64,000 nucleotides of DNA from a virus (lineage: Duplodnaviria; Caudoviricetes). The translations under genes were made by a program, and so were the position numbers. Shown here one piece after another: positions 54,561 to 63,441 of this stretch (the stretch's first letter is position 1; the number at the start of each line of letters is the position of its first letter). The notes under the pieces were generated by a model that saw only the letters and a list, made by a program, of their open reading frames with translations, searched no databases and was not told the origin of the DNA. The stretch covers positions 1,915 to 65,914 of the IMG/VR virus record IMGVR_UViG_3300030117_001894; one strand, written 5' to 3'.

Positions 54561-55645
54561 TTGTTTTCTCCTATATCCGCATTGTTTAAAGTATAGGCAG
54601 TGTCTCGTTTGCGGATCCATTCAAAACACGCCTCCATCCAATCGAGAGCTTTAATAGACTGTACTTCTCGATATGAATTCAAATAATCTCTTTCTTTATG
54701 ATAATAAAATGCTTTTAACATAGGGATTGCTATGTCTGGGAAAATACGATTATCCCATTCAATATCATCTGTTCTTTTTAAAATTTCTTTTGCGTCATAT
54801 CTAAAAGAATCAAAATAATCGAAAAAGAACCGTAACTCTCTATTAAAAGAATCAACCTCATTAATTAAGGGCATGGGTTCATAATCAATAAGATCATAAT
54901 GATTTTTCTGATGTCTATAAGTATAGACATCTAGTTCCATTTCTTTTACCTTCTTCCACACTGGTGTATTAGGGTAGATATGAAAACTATCACTAATTTG
55001 AGTATAGTCCCCCATAGAGAGATTTAAATGTTGAGCCATGTATTCTTGTAACATAGACATATGCACTACGTTCGCACCATAAGCCCCCCAAAGCATATCG
55101 TTAGAACGATTACAAACGGTCATACATAACTTACCATCACGTACCTTAAAATAAATATTCGTATTACAAGGTACATCCTTACGTTCTTTTTTCTTATTAC
55201 AAGCTCTCGCTAAATCTTCCTTAGGATCCCACATCTGTAAAACTGCTCGTCTTTCGTAAGGGTTTTCTTTTAACAAACGAATCAATGTAGCTAACTGATC
55301 TTTTTTCCAATAACTTCTCCATCGCCAACCATACGCCCCCCATAAAGTTTCACCGTCGTCAGAAAAATCTTCCATCGACTTAACAAAATAAGTTAGTGGT
55401 TCTAGGTCGTTATGACCATCAAGCATCCATAATCCTTCTATAAAATGAAAAAATGGATTAGCATCTCTTTGTTTTATTAAACAAACTCTTTCCCACGGTT
55501 TTTTGTATACCGTAGTTACAGGTGTATTGGCTTCATACGTTATACCATTACGACTTTCCTGTATTCTGTATTCGGTAGAATCTTGAAATAAATCGATACC
55601 TCTTTCTAACGCGTCGTTTACGTTTCTTGCATTAATTACTTTCAT
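54557..55645 (-). CDS. Thymidylate synthase family, probable dUMP hydroxymethyltransferase
   Basis: RRAV..MWDP, catalytic PC, RSNDMLWG...AN (Asn = dUMP specificity) and SFHIY; next to hmU kinase. Confidence 0.8.
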   Translation of the reverse strand: MKVINARNVNDALERGIDLFQDSTEYRIQESRNGITYEANTPVTTVYKKPWERVCLIKQRDANPFFHFIEGLWMLDGHNDLEPLTYFVKSMEDFSDDGETLWGAYGWRWRSYWKKDQLATLIRLLKENPYERRAVLQMWDPKEDLARACNKKKERKDVPCNTNIYFKVRDGKLCMTVCNRSNDMLWGAYGANVVHMSMLQEYMAQHLNLSMGDYTQISDSFHIYPNTPVWKKVKEMELDVYTYRHQKNHYDLIDYEPMPLINEVDSFNRELRFFFDYFDSFRYDAKEILKRTDDIEWDNRIFPDIAIPMLKAFYYHKERDYLNSYREVQSIKALDWMEACFEWIRKRDTAYTLNNADIGENK

Positions 55646-55863
55646 AACGTATCTTGATAAGCTCCTACGATTACACTGATGACATAACTTATATCATCCT
55701 CACTTAACACTGGAATTTTTCTTTTAATAAAAGCTATCGCAAGTCGTTCATTTGCGGGTACTTTTAGAAAGAAAGATACTTCCAAAAACTGTGTGTAATA
55801 TATATCTATTTCGTCACCATAGTCTTGCAATAAATCTATTGCGTGATCACTCATTTTACCCAT
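55642..55863 (-). CDS. Hypothetical protein
   Basis: Coupled within the modification operon. Confidence 0.55.
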   Translation of the reverse strand: MGKMSDHAIDLLQDYGDEIDIYYTQFLEVSFFLKVPANERLAIAFIKRKIPVLSEDDISYVISVIVGAYQDTL

Positions 55864-56785
55864 ATTTACTTTCTCCTATTGTATTTAGATCTTCGATAAT
55901 TGGAAGATCATTATGTTTATACACCGATCGTGTTCTCCCCTCGTTCTTATATATTCGAGAGTATTTATCGAACTCACATAAACCCCCTTCGATCTCTCGC
56001 ATTTCATAATTAGCACCGTTTCTAAAAATTATTGAAGGAGCTAATATTTTCTTTACTTGTTCAAATAGGTCTTGCATTTCCTCACACCACGGATGACTTT
56101 TACGACAATAATCTAACGGTCTTCCTGTAAGACGATTAAGTCCTCGCATAGCTCCTGGACCTGCATTAGCCCACGTCATAATATCGTTAGCGTTCTCTAA
56201 CAAATACGTATGCCTTAAATCAGTAACAACTTCGTACGCCATAAATGGACCCATGTATGGATAATCTCTAAGAATTAACCACGTTGCTTCTAAGGAAGAT
56301 TCACCTTTTGCTAACTTTTCATGCATTCTGGCTAAAATAGATTCTTTAGCTTTCCAAATATGAGATACACATTCAGCAACTCCTGTTACTTTATCCATAC
56401 CGTTTGGTGTTTTAATAATGTAAGCACCCGTGATCCATTTAGTTTGTTTAGTTATTTCATAAATAGCTTTCTTTCTATTCCATTTACGTAATAGATTATG
56501 ATCGATTAAAGTTCTCCCTGTTTCTATTAAATTAAACCAACGGAATATAATCGTAGCCATAAGAACGTCTTCTTCGTTTCGCATAGGCTCTCTTATATGT
56601 GTTCTAAACCAACGTGTTGTACGATCATCTTCTCTAAACACTTGGCAAAACTTGAACTCCTGCAGAATCGGATCGTCAGTCCAGGGAGGGGAAAGAACTG
56701 CAGATTCTTTTTTGATACGTATTGACTCACGTTCAGTTTGCCAATAGCAATAACGATCCAACTCTGCGGGAATAAACTTAGTCAT
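55856..56785 (-). CDS. 5-hmdU DNA kinase-like protein (aGPT-Pplase1 family)
   Basis: ERESIR, PWTDDPILQEFKFCQVFREDDRTT, FRWFN, GPFMAYEVVTDL, GPGAMRGL and LCEFDKY. Confidence 0.85.
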   Translation of the reverse strand: MTKFIPAELDRYCYWQTERESIRIKKESAVLSPPWTDDPILQEFKFCQVFREDDRTTRWFRTHIREPMRNEEDVLMATIIFRWFNLIETGRTLIDHNLLRKWNRKKAIYEITKQTKWITGAYIIKTPNGMDKVTGVAECVSHIWKAKESILARMHEKLAKGESSLEATWLILRDYPYMGPFMAYEVVTDLRHTYLLENANDIMTWANAGPGAMRGLNRLTGRPLDYCRKSHPWCEEMQDLFEQVKKILAPSIIFRNGANYEMREIEGGLCEFDKYSRIYKNEGRTRSVYKHNDLPIIEDLNTIGESKYG

Positions 56786-57642
56786 TATTTTTTACGTAAC
56801 ACCCATGAACAGTTATTTGCATATTCAGGATAAAACGTTGCAGCAACAACTCGTAAAAATTGTCTACCATATCTGTTTTGTAATCTATTGAATTGTTTCG
56901 GAGTCCAACCGTCCCATTCGTGTTCGCCTTCGGCGTCTTTTTTCATAGCTTTCTTTAAATTAGGTAGCTGTATAAACGTACCTGTTACGTCAACTATTTC
57001 GAAGTTCCTTTCTAATTCTTCTTTTAGTTCTTGGAAACCCCACTCGTATACGTGGTCTTCAGGAAGTTTATCATTAGAGCCGTCGTGGTTAGGCGTAGAT
57101 ACAAAAGCTAATCCATTCGGTCGCATAACCCTAGTTGCATCGTCTAACCATGCACTAATAAACTCTCTCCCCATGTGTTCAATAACTTCTGTCGTCCAGA
57201 AAAAATCTATACTTTCATCTTCTAAATCGAACACAGGGTTTACAGTTAAATCTTGTATACGTATTTCACCGTTAAAGTTCTGAAACCATGTAGAATCAGC
57301 CAACTCTCCACCCGCATTAGACCAAAAAGGATTTTCTAATTCACAAGCAGGGTCAATATCGTAGCCATAATACGATCTGATAATATCTGATTTCTTTACG
57401 ACATAAGCTTTATATAGATTTCTAAGCGTCCAACACTCACCGCAACCAACTTCAAACGTATCAAGAGGTCTTTCTAACCGTTTAGCTTCAGCGATACACA
57501 TAGAAGCAATCTTATCGAACCGACTCATATGAGCGAGTTCATCAGGTCTCCAGTTTGCTAATACACCTGCACTAGCGATATCCATTCTAGTATTTTTACT
57601 GTCGTTTTCGTTAACAGTTAATTTCTTTCTTATTGATGACAT
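56785..57642 (-). CDS. Class I SAM-dependent methyltransferase
   Basis: FEVGCG, YGYDID, EVIEH and RPNG..FVSTPN; SD precedes MSSIRKK. Confidence 0.85.
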   Translation of the reverse strand: MSSIRKKLTVNENDSKNTRMDIASAGVLANWRPDELAHMSRFDKIASMCIAEAKRLERPLDTFEVGCGECWTLRNLYKAYVVKKSDIIRSYYGYDIDPACELENPFWSNAGGELADSTWFQNFNGEIRIQDLTVNPVFDLEDESIDFFWTTEVIEHMGREFISAWLDDATRVMRPNGLAFVSTPNHDGSNDKLPEDHVYEWGFQELKEELERNFEIVDVTGTFIQLPNLKKAMKKDAEGEHEWDGWTPKQFNRLQNRYGRQFLRVVAATFYPEYANNCSWVLRKK

Positions 57643-57666
57643 ATTTTTCTCCTTATTTAATAAAAT

Positions 57667-57700
57667 ATTATCCTTTACTTTTATATACAAAGTAAAGTAC
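57667..57700 (-). promoter_or_regulatory. Promoter of the modification operon, embedded in a 9-bp inverted repeat
   Basis: GTACTTTACTTT...GATAAT; CTTTACTTT-N7-AAAGTAAAG. Confidence 0.6.
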
Positions 57701-57702
57701 TT

Positions 57703-59199
57703 TCACATTTGATAGCATTTTGTTGTTTTAGGCTCTATTAAATACAAATTTTCTTTTGTTCGTGTAATACCAACATAAAACACTCTGTTTTCTTCATCAG
57801 GGTTTTGTTGGTAATTTTTATATACCCTTGTAGTTATATCGGTAAGTAATACAACGTTAGTGGCTTCCCCACCTTTAGCTGCATGAATCGTAGACAATCG
57901 TATACGTGGTTGTTTAGTAATCTTTTCTCCTCTACGTAACATGGCTCTTATGTAACTAACCTCTTTAGGACTTAATAATGTAAAAACATCATACCAAACA
58001 CCATCAGGCAAGTCTGGTAAATGACTTTTGAAATCTTCGTACTGTAAAACTAAATCAGTATCTAATAAATCTAGTTTCTTAGGTGTTTTAACTTTGATAT
58101 ATTTTAAAATATTAGCGCATTCCGCCAAAGTTACTGTTTGACCTTTACGTAATCGTTCCCAATAAACAACCGCTCTAACTTTTGCTTCTGAAATAGACGG
58201 TCGACCTTTGACTTCGAAGAACCAACCTTCGTTTCTACAGTATTCATCAACCCCCTCTAACAAATAATTTGTTCTAGCTAAGACTAACCAATCACCTTGA
58301 TCCATATTTACCTGTTCTATCGTAGCTTCCCAACGAACTAATCCTTCGTCTGTTCTAGGTTTCCATTCTTTATAAATACGTGAACCGACTTGACCTATAC
58401 ACTGACTAGCAACTTTGTGTACAGAAGAAGGTACTCGGTACGATTGTTTTAATACCATAGCGTCTGTAGAATTTTCTATAAGATACTCTACGTCAGCTCC
58501 CGCCCATTTATAAATAGCTTGGTCATCATCTCCTGCCACATAAATCTTTTTGGCTTTTTCTGCTAGTTTACGCACCACTGACCATTGCAAAGGAGAAAGG
58601 TCTTGTGCTTCATCTACGAACATAACATCTAATGCAGGTATATCACCGTCAACTAAGAAATTTTGTAACATATCCGTATAATCAACAAGCAGCCGATCTT
58701 CTTTAAATAACTTCAATCCTCGAGCAAAACGTTCTAGCTCAAACCAACCTACCGCATCTTCAACCTCGTGCCATTGTTCTTTTAGTGGTACATCTCTCAT
58801 CCTAGCTAAGTTTTCTATAAACGCTAAACGATCATCATGCGTCATACCAAATAAATGACCATCGTCAGAAGTCGTCCTACCTGTAAGTTTTAAATTAAGT
58901 TTTTCATTTAAATCAGATATATCTGAGCCACTTACTACGCTTTCTCTAGTAAGTCCTAGTTGTCTAAAAGCTAATGAATGTAAAGTACGGAAAAATGGCA
59001 GTTGTTTATTAGTAATACTAAAGCGATTCATAGCTCTTTCTTTACCTTCGTTTACTGCTTTTTTAGTAAATGTGAAAAACCCAATACGTTCAGGTTCAGT
59101 ACCATTTTCTAGTTCGTCTTCAATTAAACCAAGCAATGTACTGGTTTTCCCTGTTCCTGGCGGTCCAAGAATAACTTGTGTGTGGCTAGGCAGGGTCAT
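57703..59199 (-). CDS. UvrD/Rep-like superfamily 1 helicase
   Basis: GPPGTGKT, DEAQD, GDDDQAIY, QSYR, TIHAAKGGE and YVGITR. Confidence 0.9.
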   Translation of the reverse strand: MTLPSHTQVILGPPGTGKTSTLLGLIEDELENGTEPERIGFFTFTKKAVNEGKERAMNRFSITNKQLPFFRTLHSLAFRQLGLTRESVVSGSDISDLNEKLNLKLTGRTTSDDGHLFGMTHDDRLAFIENLARMRDVPLKEQWHEVEDAVGWFELERFARGLKLFKEDRLLVDYTDMLQNFLVDGDIPALDVMFVDEAQDLSPLQWSVVRKLAEKAKKIYVAGDDDQAIYKWAGADVEYLIENSTDAMVLKQSYRVPSSVHKVASQCIGQVGSRIYKEWKPRTDEGLVRWEATIEQVNMDQGDWLVLARTNYLLEGVDEYCRNEGWFFEVKGRPSISEAKVRAVVYWERLRKGQTVTLAECANILKYIKVKTPKKLDLLDTDLVLQYEDFKSHLPDLPDGVWYDVFTLLSPKEVSYIRAMLRRGEKITKQPRIRLSTIHAAKGGEATNVVLLTDITTRVYKNYQQNPDEENRVFYVGITRTKENLYLIEPKTTKCYQM

Positions 59200-59338
59200 T
59201 CTCAAAACCGTGATAGACCTCAACATAAGTATTACAATTAGGACAACTAAGATTAGTTACAATATCGTACTCATCATCGTCTTCTATATCATGATCACCA
59301 CCCCAAATTAATTCTGTATTACAGTGCCAACAATTCAT
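59186..59338 (-). CDS. Small Zn-ribbon protein, 50 aa (MNCWHCNTELIWGGDHD...CPNC)
   Basis: ATGA-coupled; CxxC pairs; not in the ORF track. Confidence 0.7.
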   Translation of the reverse strand: MNCWHCNTELIWGGDHDIEDDDEYDIVTNLSCPNCNTYVEVYHGFENDPA

Positions 59339-59913
59339 AATCCGCTCCTAAAAGTTAAATTAACTCTTTCTTCCGCTCCTACTAAATCAGGAACAGCGTG
59401 AGTTGATTTCATCTGTGAGTGTCCATCGAACATAATTACATCACCGTGATCAAGAAGATATAACTTCTCATCTTTTACAAAATTTTCCTTAAAATCTACA
59501 TCACTGGTATTTGTATGTCGTTTTATATTATTTTGATAAGTTCTCCAAGCAAAAACTCTAGGTGCACCAAAACTTAAAGAAACGACTACGTCATTAAGAG
59601 TAGGCACAGTATCGCTGTGGTGTGGTATACCTTTATCATCAGGATAAAAACCACATAAACAAAAAGTAAATTTGATCTCTTTATCGAAAACTCTGGAAGC
59701 TACATCTTCTGCCGCAACCTTGATTAATTGCATTTTATGAGTCCATGGTTCAGGCTCATATAACTTACCTGCGTAATTAAAAGTTGAATCACCAAACCCA
59801 CGAGTCGGTCGACCTTTAACCATCGTACCTTCGAACATACGTTCACGAGGATCATCCCATTTATCTATCCCGTGTTCGAATTCAGAAAAGATATGTTTAA
59901 TGTGTTTAATCAT
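59335..59913 (-). CDS. AlkB-like 2OG-Fe(II) dioxygenase
   Basis: HSD...SLSFGAPR...HGD...HAVP...RVNLTFR. Confidence 0.9.
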   Translation of the reverse strand: MIKHIKHIFSEFEHGIDKWDDPRERMFEGTMVKGRPTRGFGDSTFNYAGKLYEPEPWTHKMQLIKVAAEDVASRVFDKEIKFTFCLCGFYPDDKGIPHHSDTVPTLNDVVVSLSFGAPRVFAWRTYQNNIKRHTNTSDVDFKENFVKDEKLYLLDHGDVIMFDGHSQMKSTHAVPDLVGAEERVNLTFRSGL

Positions 59914-61433
59914 AATAAGTTATCGTTAAATTCTGGTAAATCGTGTGGCTCATCTTGAGCTTTAAATTCTTCTATATACCAAACGTTTACTCCTCGTCCT
60001 TTTATGTTAAAAAAGTGTGGCTCTCCATGTAGTTGTTTTAGTTTAGATGTTAATTTATTTCTTTGATAGTCTTTAAAGTTATGTCTATGTAAATATTCCA
60101 TTAAATCACCAAGTCTAAAATAGGTTTTACCATTATCTGTCCATGGTTTATGCAATAAAAGCTCATCACGTTCTCTCGCAGGTCGTTCTGTACAAAAATT
60201 TTCTAATAACTCTAAAAAATGCCCTTCTGTGGAGCTTTCTTTAGGAACTTCGACCACGGTTAACGCATCTAGGAGCTGCTGGATGATTTGTCTCCAGACG
60301 TTTTCCTTAACTTTCTGAGGTATCTTATTTAAAGAATCCATACACTTTCTTTGAAATCTGTTTTGATTTAGTAAGTCATCTGTCTCTAATTCTAGTCTGC
60401 CACCTTCCACATCTAAGAACCAAATCGGTGGATCACTATCTTGTTTAGTTAAATTACTAAATAAAGGTGTGCCACCATTAGCACCAATTCCATATTTACG
60501 TGTTCGGCATAGCGGACTATTACAATGACTAGCTATCGGCTGATCATTACATTTATAAAAGTAATCTTTTCGTTGTACTTGCTTACCCACGGTCAAAACT
60601 TCTTGTGCTCCTAACGGTGGTTGCATATATTTTATATTTACATCTTCTAACCTTTTTTCCCAATCATCTGGATATTTCTTTCTAAGGAACACTCCTACAT
60701 TAAACAATCCTGAATTACGTGTACCTTTAGGAAACCCCTGTACAATTAAATGCTGTATACACGGAGGTGACTGATCTAGCCAATCAATAGCTTCGTTTAA
60801 TGGACTAGCTTCCAATTTTTCTAACTCATCTGGAGTTAAAGCTAATTCAGATGCGAAATTAAGGAATTCTTCTGGACTTAATGCTCCACCATCTCTACCG
60901 TAGGCATAACGTGTTGAGTTCTCTCCTCCGAAGTAGGGCATATTTAAAGTACTACCTCTATCACCGCGTTCTAATAATAGTTGTGTTTGTTTAGGAAATA
61001 TTTCTGCTTGACCGTAGCCGATTGCCGCGGCTAGTTGTCTAAGCTTTCGTTGTAGCATCGAAGCCGCAACAGGTTCTTGTAGGAAGATATAGATATGTGC
61101 TCCTCCGCTTTTACTTCGACAAAGTATTAGAGGTAATTCTTGTTTAGCTAGTTTCTTAGCGAGATCTTTTAAATCAAGTTGATACTCATCAACATCGATC
61201 GCTCCCCAGACACAGCTGTTGTTTTCATCTATCGCTACAATACCTACGCTTTGATGACCTGACAAGTGGTCATCCCACAGCTTCAGAAGATCTTTATCAG
61301 ATAACTCCTTAGATATGGTGATGTTTTTACCACTTGCCTTGCCATCCTCTCGAGTTTCATCACTTGCGGTAAATGTACCGTAAGCTTTCCGCAATCCAGC
61401 ATAGCGTGTAGCAAATTTCTCTGCCAACGACAT
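59910..61433 (-). CDS. Archaeo-eukaryotic primase-like protein
   Basis: GAIDVD, RSKSGGAH, EIFPKQ and PPC...GTRN (PriCT-like). Confidence 0.8.
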   Translation of the reverse strand: MSLAEKFATRYAGLRKAYGTFTASDETREDGKASGKNITISKELSDKDLLKLWDDHLSGHQSVGIVAIDENNSCVWGAIDVDEYQLDLKDLAKKLAKQELPLILCRSKSGGAHIYIFLQEPVAASMLQRKLRQLAAAIGYGQAEIFPKQTQLLLERGDRGSTLNMPYFGGENSTRYAYGRDGGALSPEEFLNFASELALTPDELEKLEASPLNEAIDWLDQSPPCIQHLIVQGFPKGTRNSGLFNVGVFLRKKYPDDWEKRLEDVNIKYMQPPLGAQEVLTVGKQVQRKDYFYKCNDQPIASHCNSPLCRTRKYGIGANGGTPLFSNLTKQDSDPPIWFLDVEGGRLELETDDLLNQNRFQRKCMDSLNKIPQKVKENVWRQIIQQLLDALTVVEVPKESSTEGHFLELLENFCTERPARERDELLLHKPWTDNGKTYFRLGDLMEYLHRHNFKDYQRNKLTSKLKQLHGEPHFFNIKGRGVNVWYIEEFKAQDEPHDLPEFNDNLL

Positions 61434-61447
61434 AAACCCCCTCCTTG

Positions 61448-62233
61448 TTAGATTGCGTCGTCAAACGTAGTGTCTTTTACGTCATCTCTTTGATGTTCCT
61501 CTTTTACTTGAACGTCTCCTGATCTAGCCGCAGACATAAAGTCTTTAGCCATCATCGCAACAGGTATCTCGGTAGCACCTTCTTGATTTACAGAATATCC
61601 GTTCCAACTACCTTTATCGTTAGATTGTGTAGTTGTAGTAAGTCTATAAGTATAAGCAAACATAGGAGCTTCTACAGACTCACCCTTGCTGTTTTCTACT
61701 CTAGCCATTCTTAACATCGTTAACCATTTTCTAGCAACACCTAATTGTGTTGAAGTAAACGTTACTACTGCTTGTTGAGGAGCATCCCCGTGTAGAACTA
61801 ATACAAAAAACTGTGCAGTTTCTACTATCTCGTTACCTTCTGGTGTATAAGACCGTCTAGTTTCAGGATCTTTAGTACATTTAGATAAGATTGAAATGTC
61901 ATGGTTAGCGTTTACTAGACCACCACCTTTTTCTCTAGGAATCCATTCGATGTACTTTTTATTATAAGCACAAGGAACGATAACTATTCCTTCTTCTCCG
62001 TCATACGCTTCACCTGTAACAGTGTTGTACAGATCCCCTGCACTCGCACCTTGTACATAACTACCGTGTTGTTTTTGTAGTTGTGGTGACATGGGTTGAA
62101 GAACTCTTATAAAGGGGATAGCAAAATCCTCAGTTGTAGTATCTTCTAGTCCTGTACCGCCTGACAATAAAGTATCGTCAAAAGTGCTGATAGCGGTGTT
62201 TTTTGTTTCAGCTATATCTTTTTTATCTGTCAT
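61448..62233 (-). CDS. Putative single-stranded DNA-binding protein
   Basis: IPFIRVLQPMSPQ...YIEW...NDKGSW; acidic tail; replication synteny. Confidence 0.6.
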   Translation of the reverse strand: MTDKKDIAETKNTAISTFDDTLLSGGTGLEDTTTEDFAIPFIRVLQPMSPQLQKQHGSYVQGASAGDLYNTVTGEAYDGEEGIVIVPCAYNKKYIEWIPREKGGGLVNANHDISILSKCTKDPETRRSYTPEGNEIVETAQFFVLVLHGDAPQQAVVTFTSTQLGVARKWLTMLRMARVENSKGESVEAPMFAYTYRLTTTTQSNDKGSWNGYSVNQEGATEIPVAMMAKDFMSAARSGDVQVKEEHQRDDVKDTTFDDAI

Positions 62234-62235
62234 AA

Positions 62236-62808
62236 TTAATCCTTTTTAATGGTTGCTTTAGTACCTATATAGATACCAAAAGGTTCGGTTGGTATATCGT
62301 TACCCGAAGTAAACTGCTCTTTTACAAAAGCTTTTAATGTACTCGGATGAACACTTTGTCGCACTTCTGGTGATAGACCTCTAGATTGCAGAGCCGAAAC
62401 AGTTTCGTCTACGACTGTGCTTTCCTCACGTCCGAACTTTAAAAGAACTTCGTTCTTTATAAGTCCTTCGTGACCGTTTTCTACTAACCACTGATATGCT
62501 ACTTCTTGGTTTGCCTTCGATATATGAGCGTTATAGAACTCACTAATAGAGATTTTTTCTCCAGTATTAAGTACTATTTGATTAAGACCTGCTGCTTGCA
62601 TCGCGTCAGGTAGTTCTTGCTCCGAAGTTAAACGAAGTTCTTCTTTCTTAGCTTTGAGATCTTCTTCTAACGAAGCTACTTGCCTAGCTAGTTGAAGTTG
62701 TTTCTTGGCTAAGTCAGAAACTAAATTAAGTTCTCCATCAGATACTTCATTCGTCCATTCTTCAACGGATTCCGTACCGACTAAGTCCTCAAAAGTTGGT
62801 TTATTCAT
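62236..62808 (-). CDS. Conserved replication-module protein
   Basis: Coiled coil; WL..NGH..LIK and VHPSTLKAFVKE. Confidence 0.6.
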   Translation of the reverse strand: MNKPTFEDLVGTESVEEWTNEVSDGELNLVSDLAKKQLQLARQVASLEEDLKAKKEELRLTSEQELPDAMQAAGLNQIVLNTGEKISISEFYNAHISKANQEVAYQWLVENGHEGLIKNEVLLKFGREESTVVDETVSALQSRGLSPEVRQSVHPSTLKAFVKEQFTSGNDIPTEPFGIYIGTKATIKKD

Positions 62809-63127
62809 CTATTTCTCCTTTCTGGTGTAGATCGATATCAACAGGATAATATAAACTCTCCTGTCGATCCCACTTTAATATACTATATCTACCTCGGTTA
62901 TAAAATGCAGCGATAGAACACGCTACGCCAATGGCGGCAGGATCGCCTATTAATAGTAAGTAATCTCCTTCTTTGAAGTCCTGTAAGAGTTTTTTCATCC
63001 TACGAACTGAAGGAGCAGCACTTAACATAATTTGTGTATTAGAAGGTAACAGAACTTGAAAATCACCGTAGCTTCTAGCCGAGGCAATGTTTCGTCCTGG
63101 AATCTCCTGTACGACATATACTGTCAC
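62801..63127 (-). CDS. Hypothetical alpha/beta protein (possible CARF/Csx20-like fold)
   Basis: GTG start with AGAAAGGAG SD; GDYLLLIGDP. Confidence 0.6.
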   Translation of the reverse strand: MTVYVVQEIPGRNIASARSYGDFQVLLPSNTQIMLSAAPSVRRMKKLLQDFKEGDYLLLIGDPAAIGVACSIAAFYNRGRYSILKWDRQESLYYPVDIDLHQKGEIDE

Positions 63128-63161
63128 TTTTTTTCTCCTTTCTTATTTCTAGAACTTAAAT

Positions 63162-63192
63162 AATATCTAGCAATTACGACAAAGTAAAGCTA
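63162..63192 (-). promoter_or_regulatory. Early promoter copy driving the replication operon
   Basis: AGCTTTACTTT upstream element. Confidence 0.6.
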
Positions 63193-63412
63193 TTAGTTAT
63201 ATAGTAGTTTTAAGAATAAAAAAGTTTATAGGAAAAATTTTTCAAAAACTACTAATATCGGTAATAATCTAATAGATTTTTAAGCAAAGCCAGTGTTTAA
63301 GAGCATCACAGTCTATTAGATTGTACGATTCAATCTATTAGAAACTACTAATTCTATTAGAGGGCATGAGAAAACTATTTATTTTGGGGCTTTTTATAAG
63401 TAAATTGTAATA
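63190..63412. repeat. Right copy of the inverted repeat; origin-like AT-rich region at the strand switch
   Basis: Reverse complement of 38953-39190; multiple CTATTAG/CTAATAG. Confidence 0.85.
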
Positions 63413-63441
63413 TATAATGGGACCTAGAAATTAGAAAGAGT

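Noticed and set aside
56785-57642. Conventional DNA adenine/cytosine methyltransferase of a restriction-modification system
   Set aside because: Lacks DPPY/NPPY or PCQ catalytic motifs and has no partner endonuclease
235-59311. Plus-strand ORFs in the track (e.g. 2214..2558, 11272..11604, 11920..12213, 51874..52335, 56888..57283)
   Set aside because: Antisense shadows of well-supported minus-strand genes, without SDs or recognisable motifs
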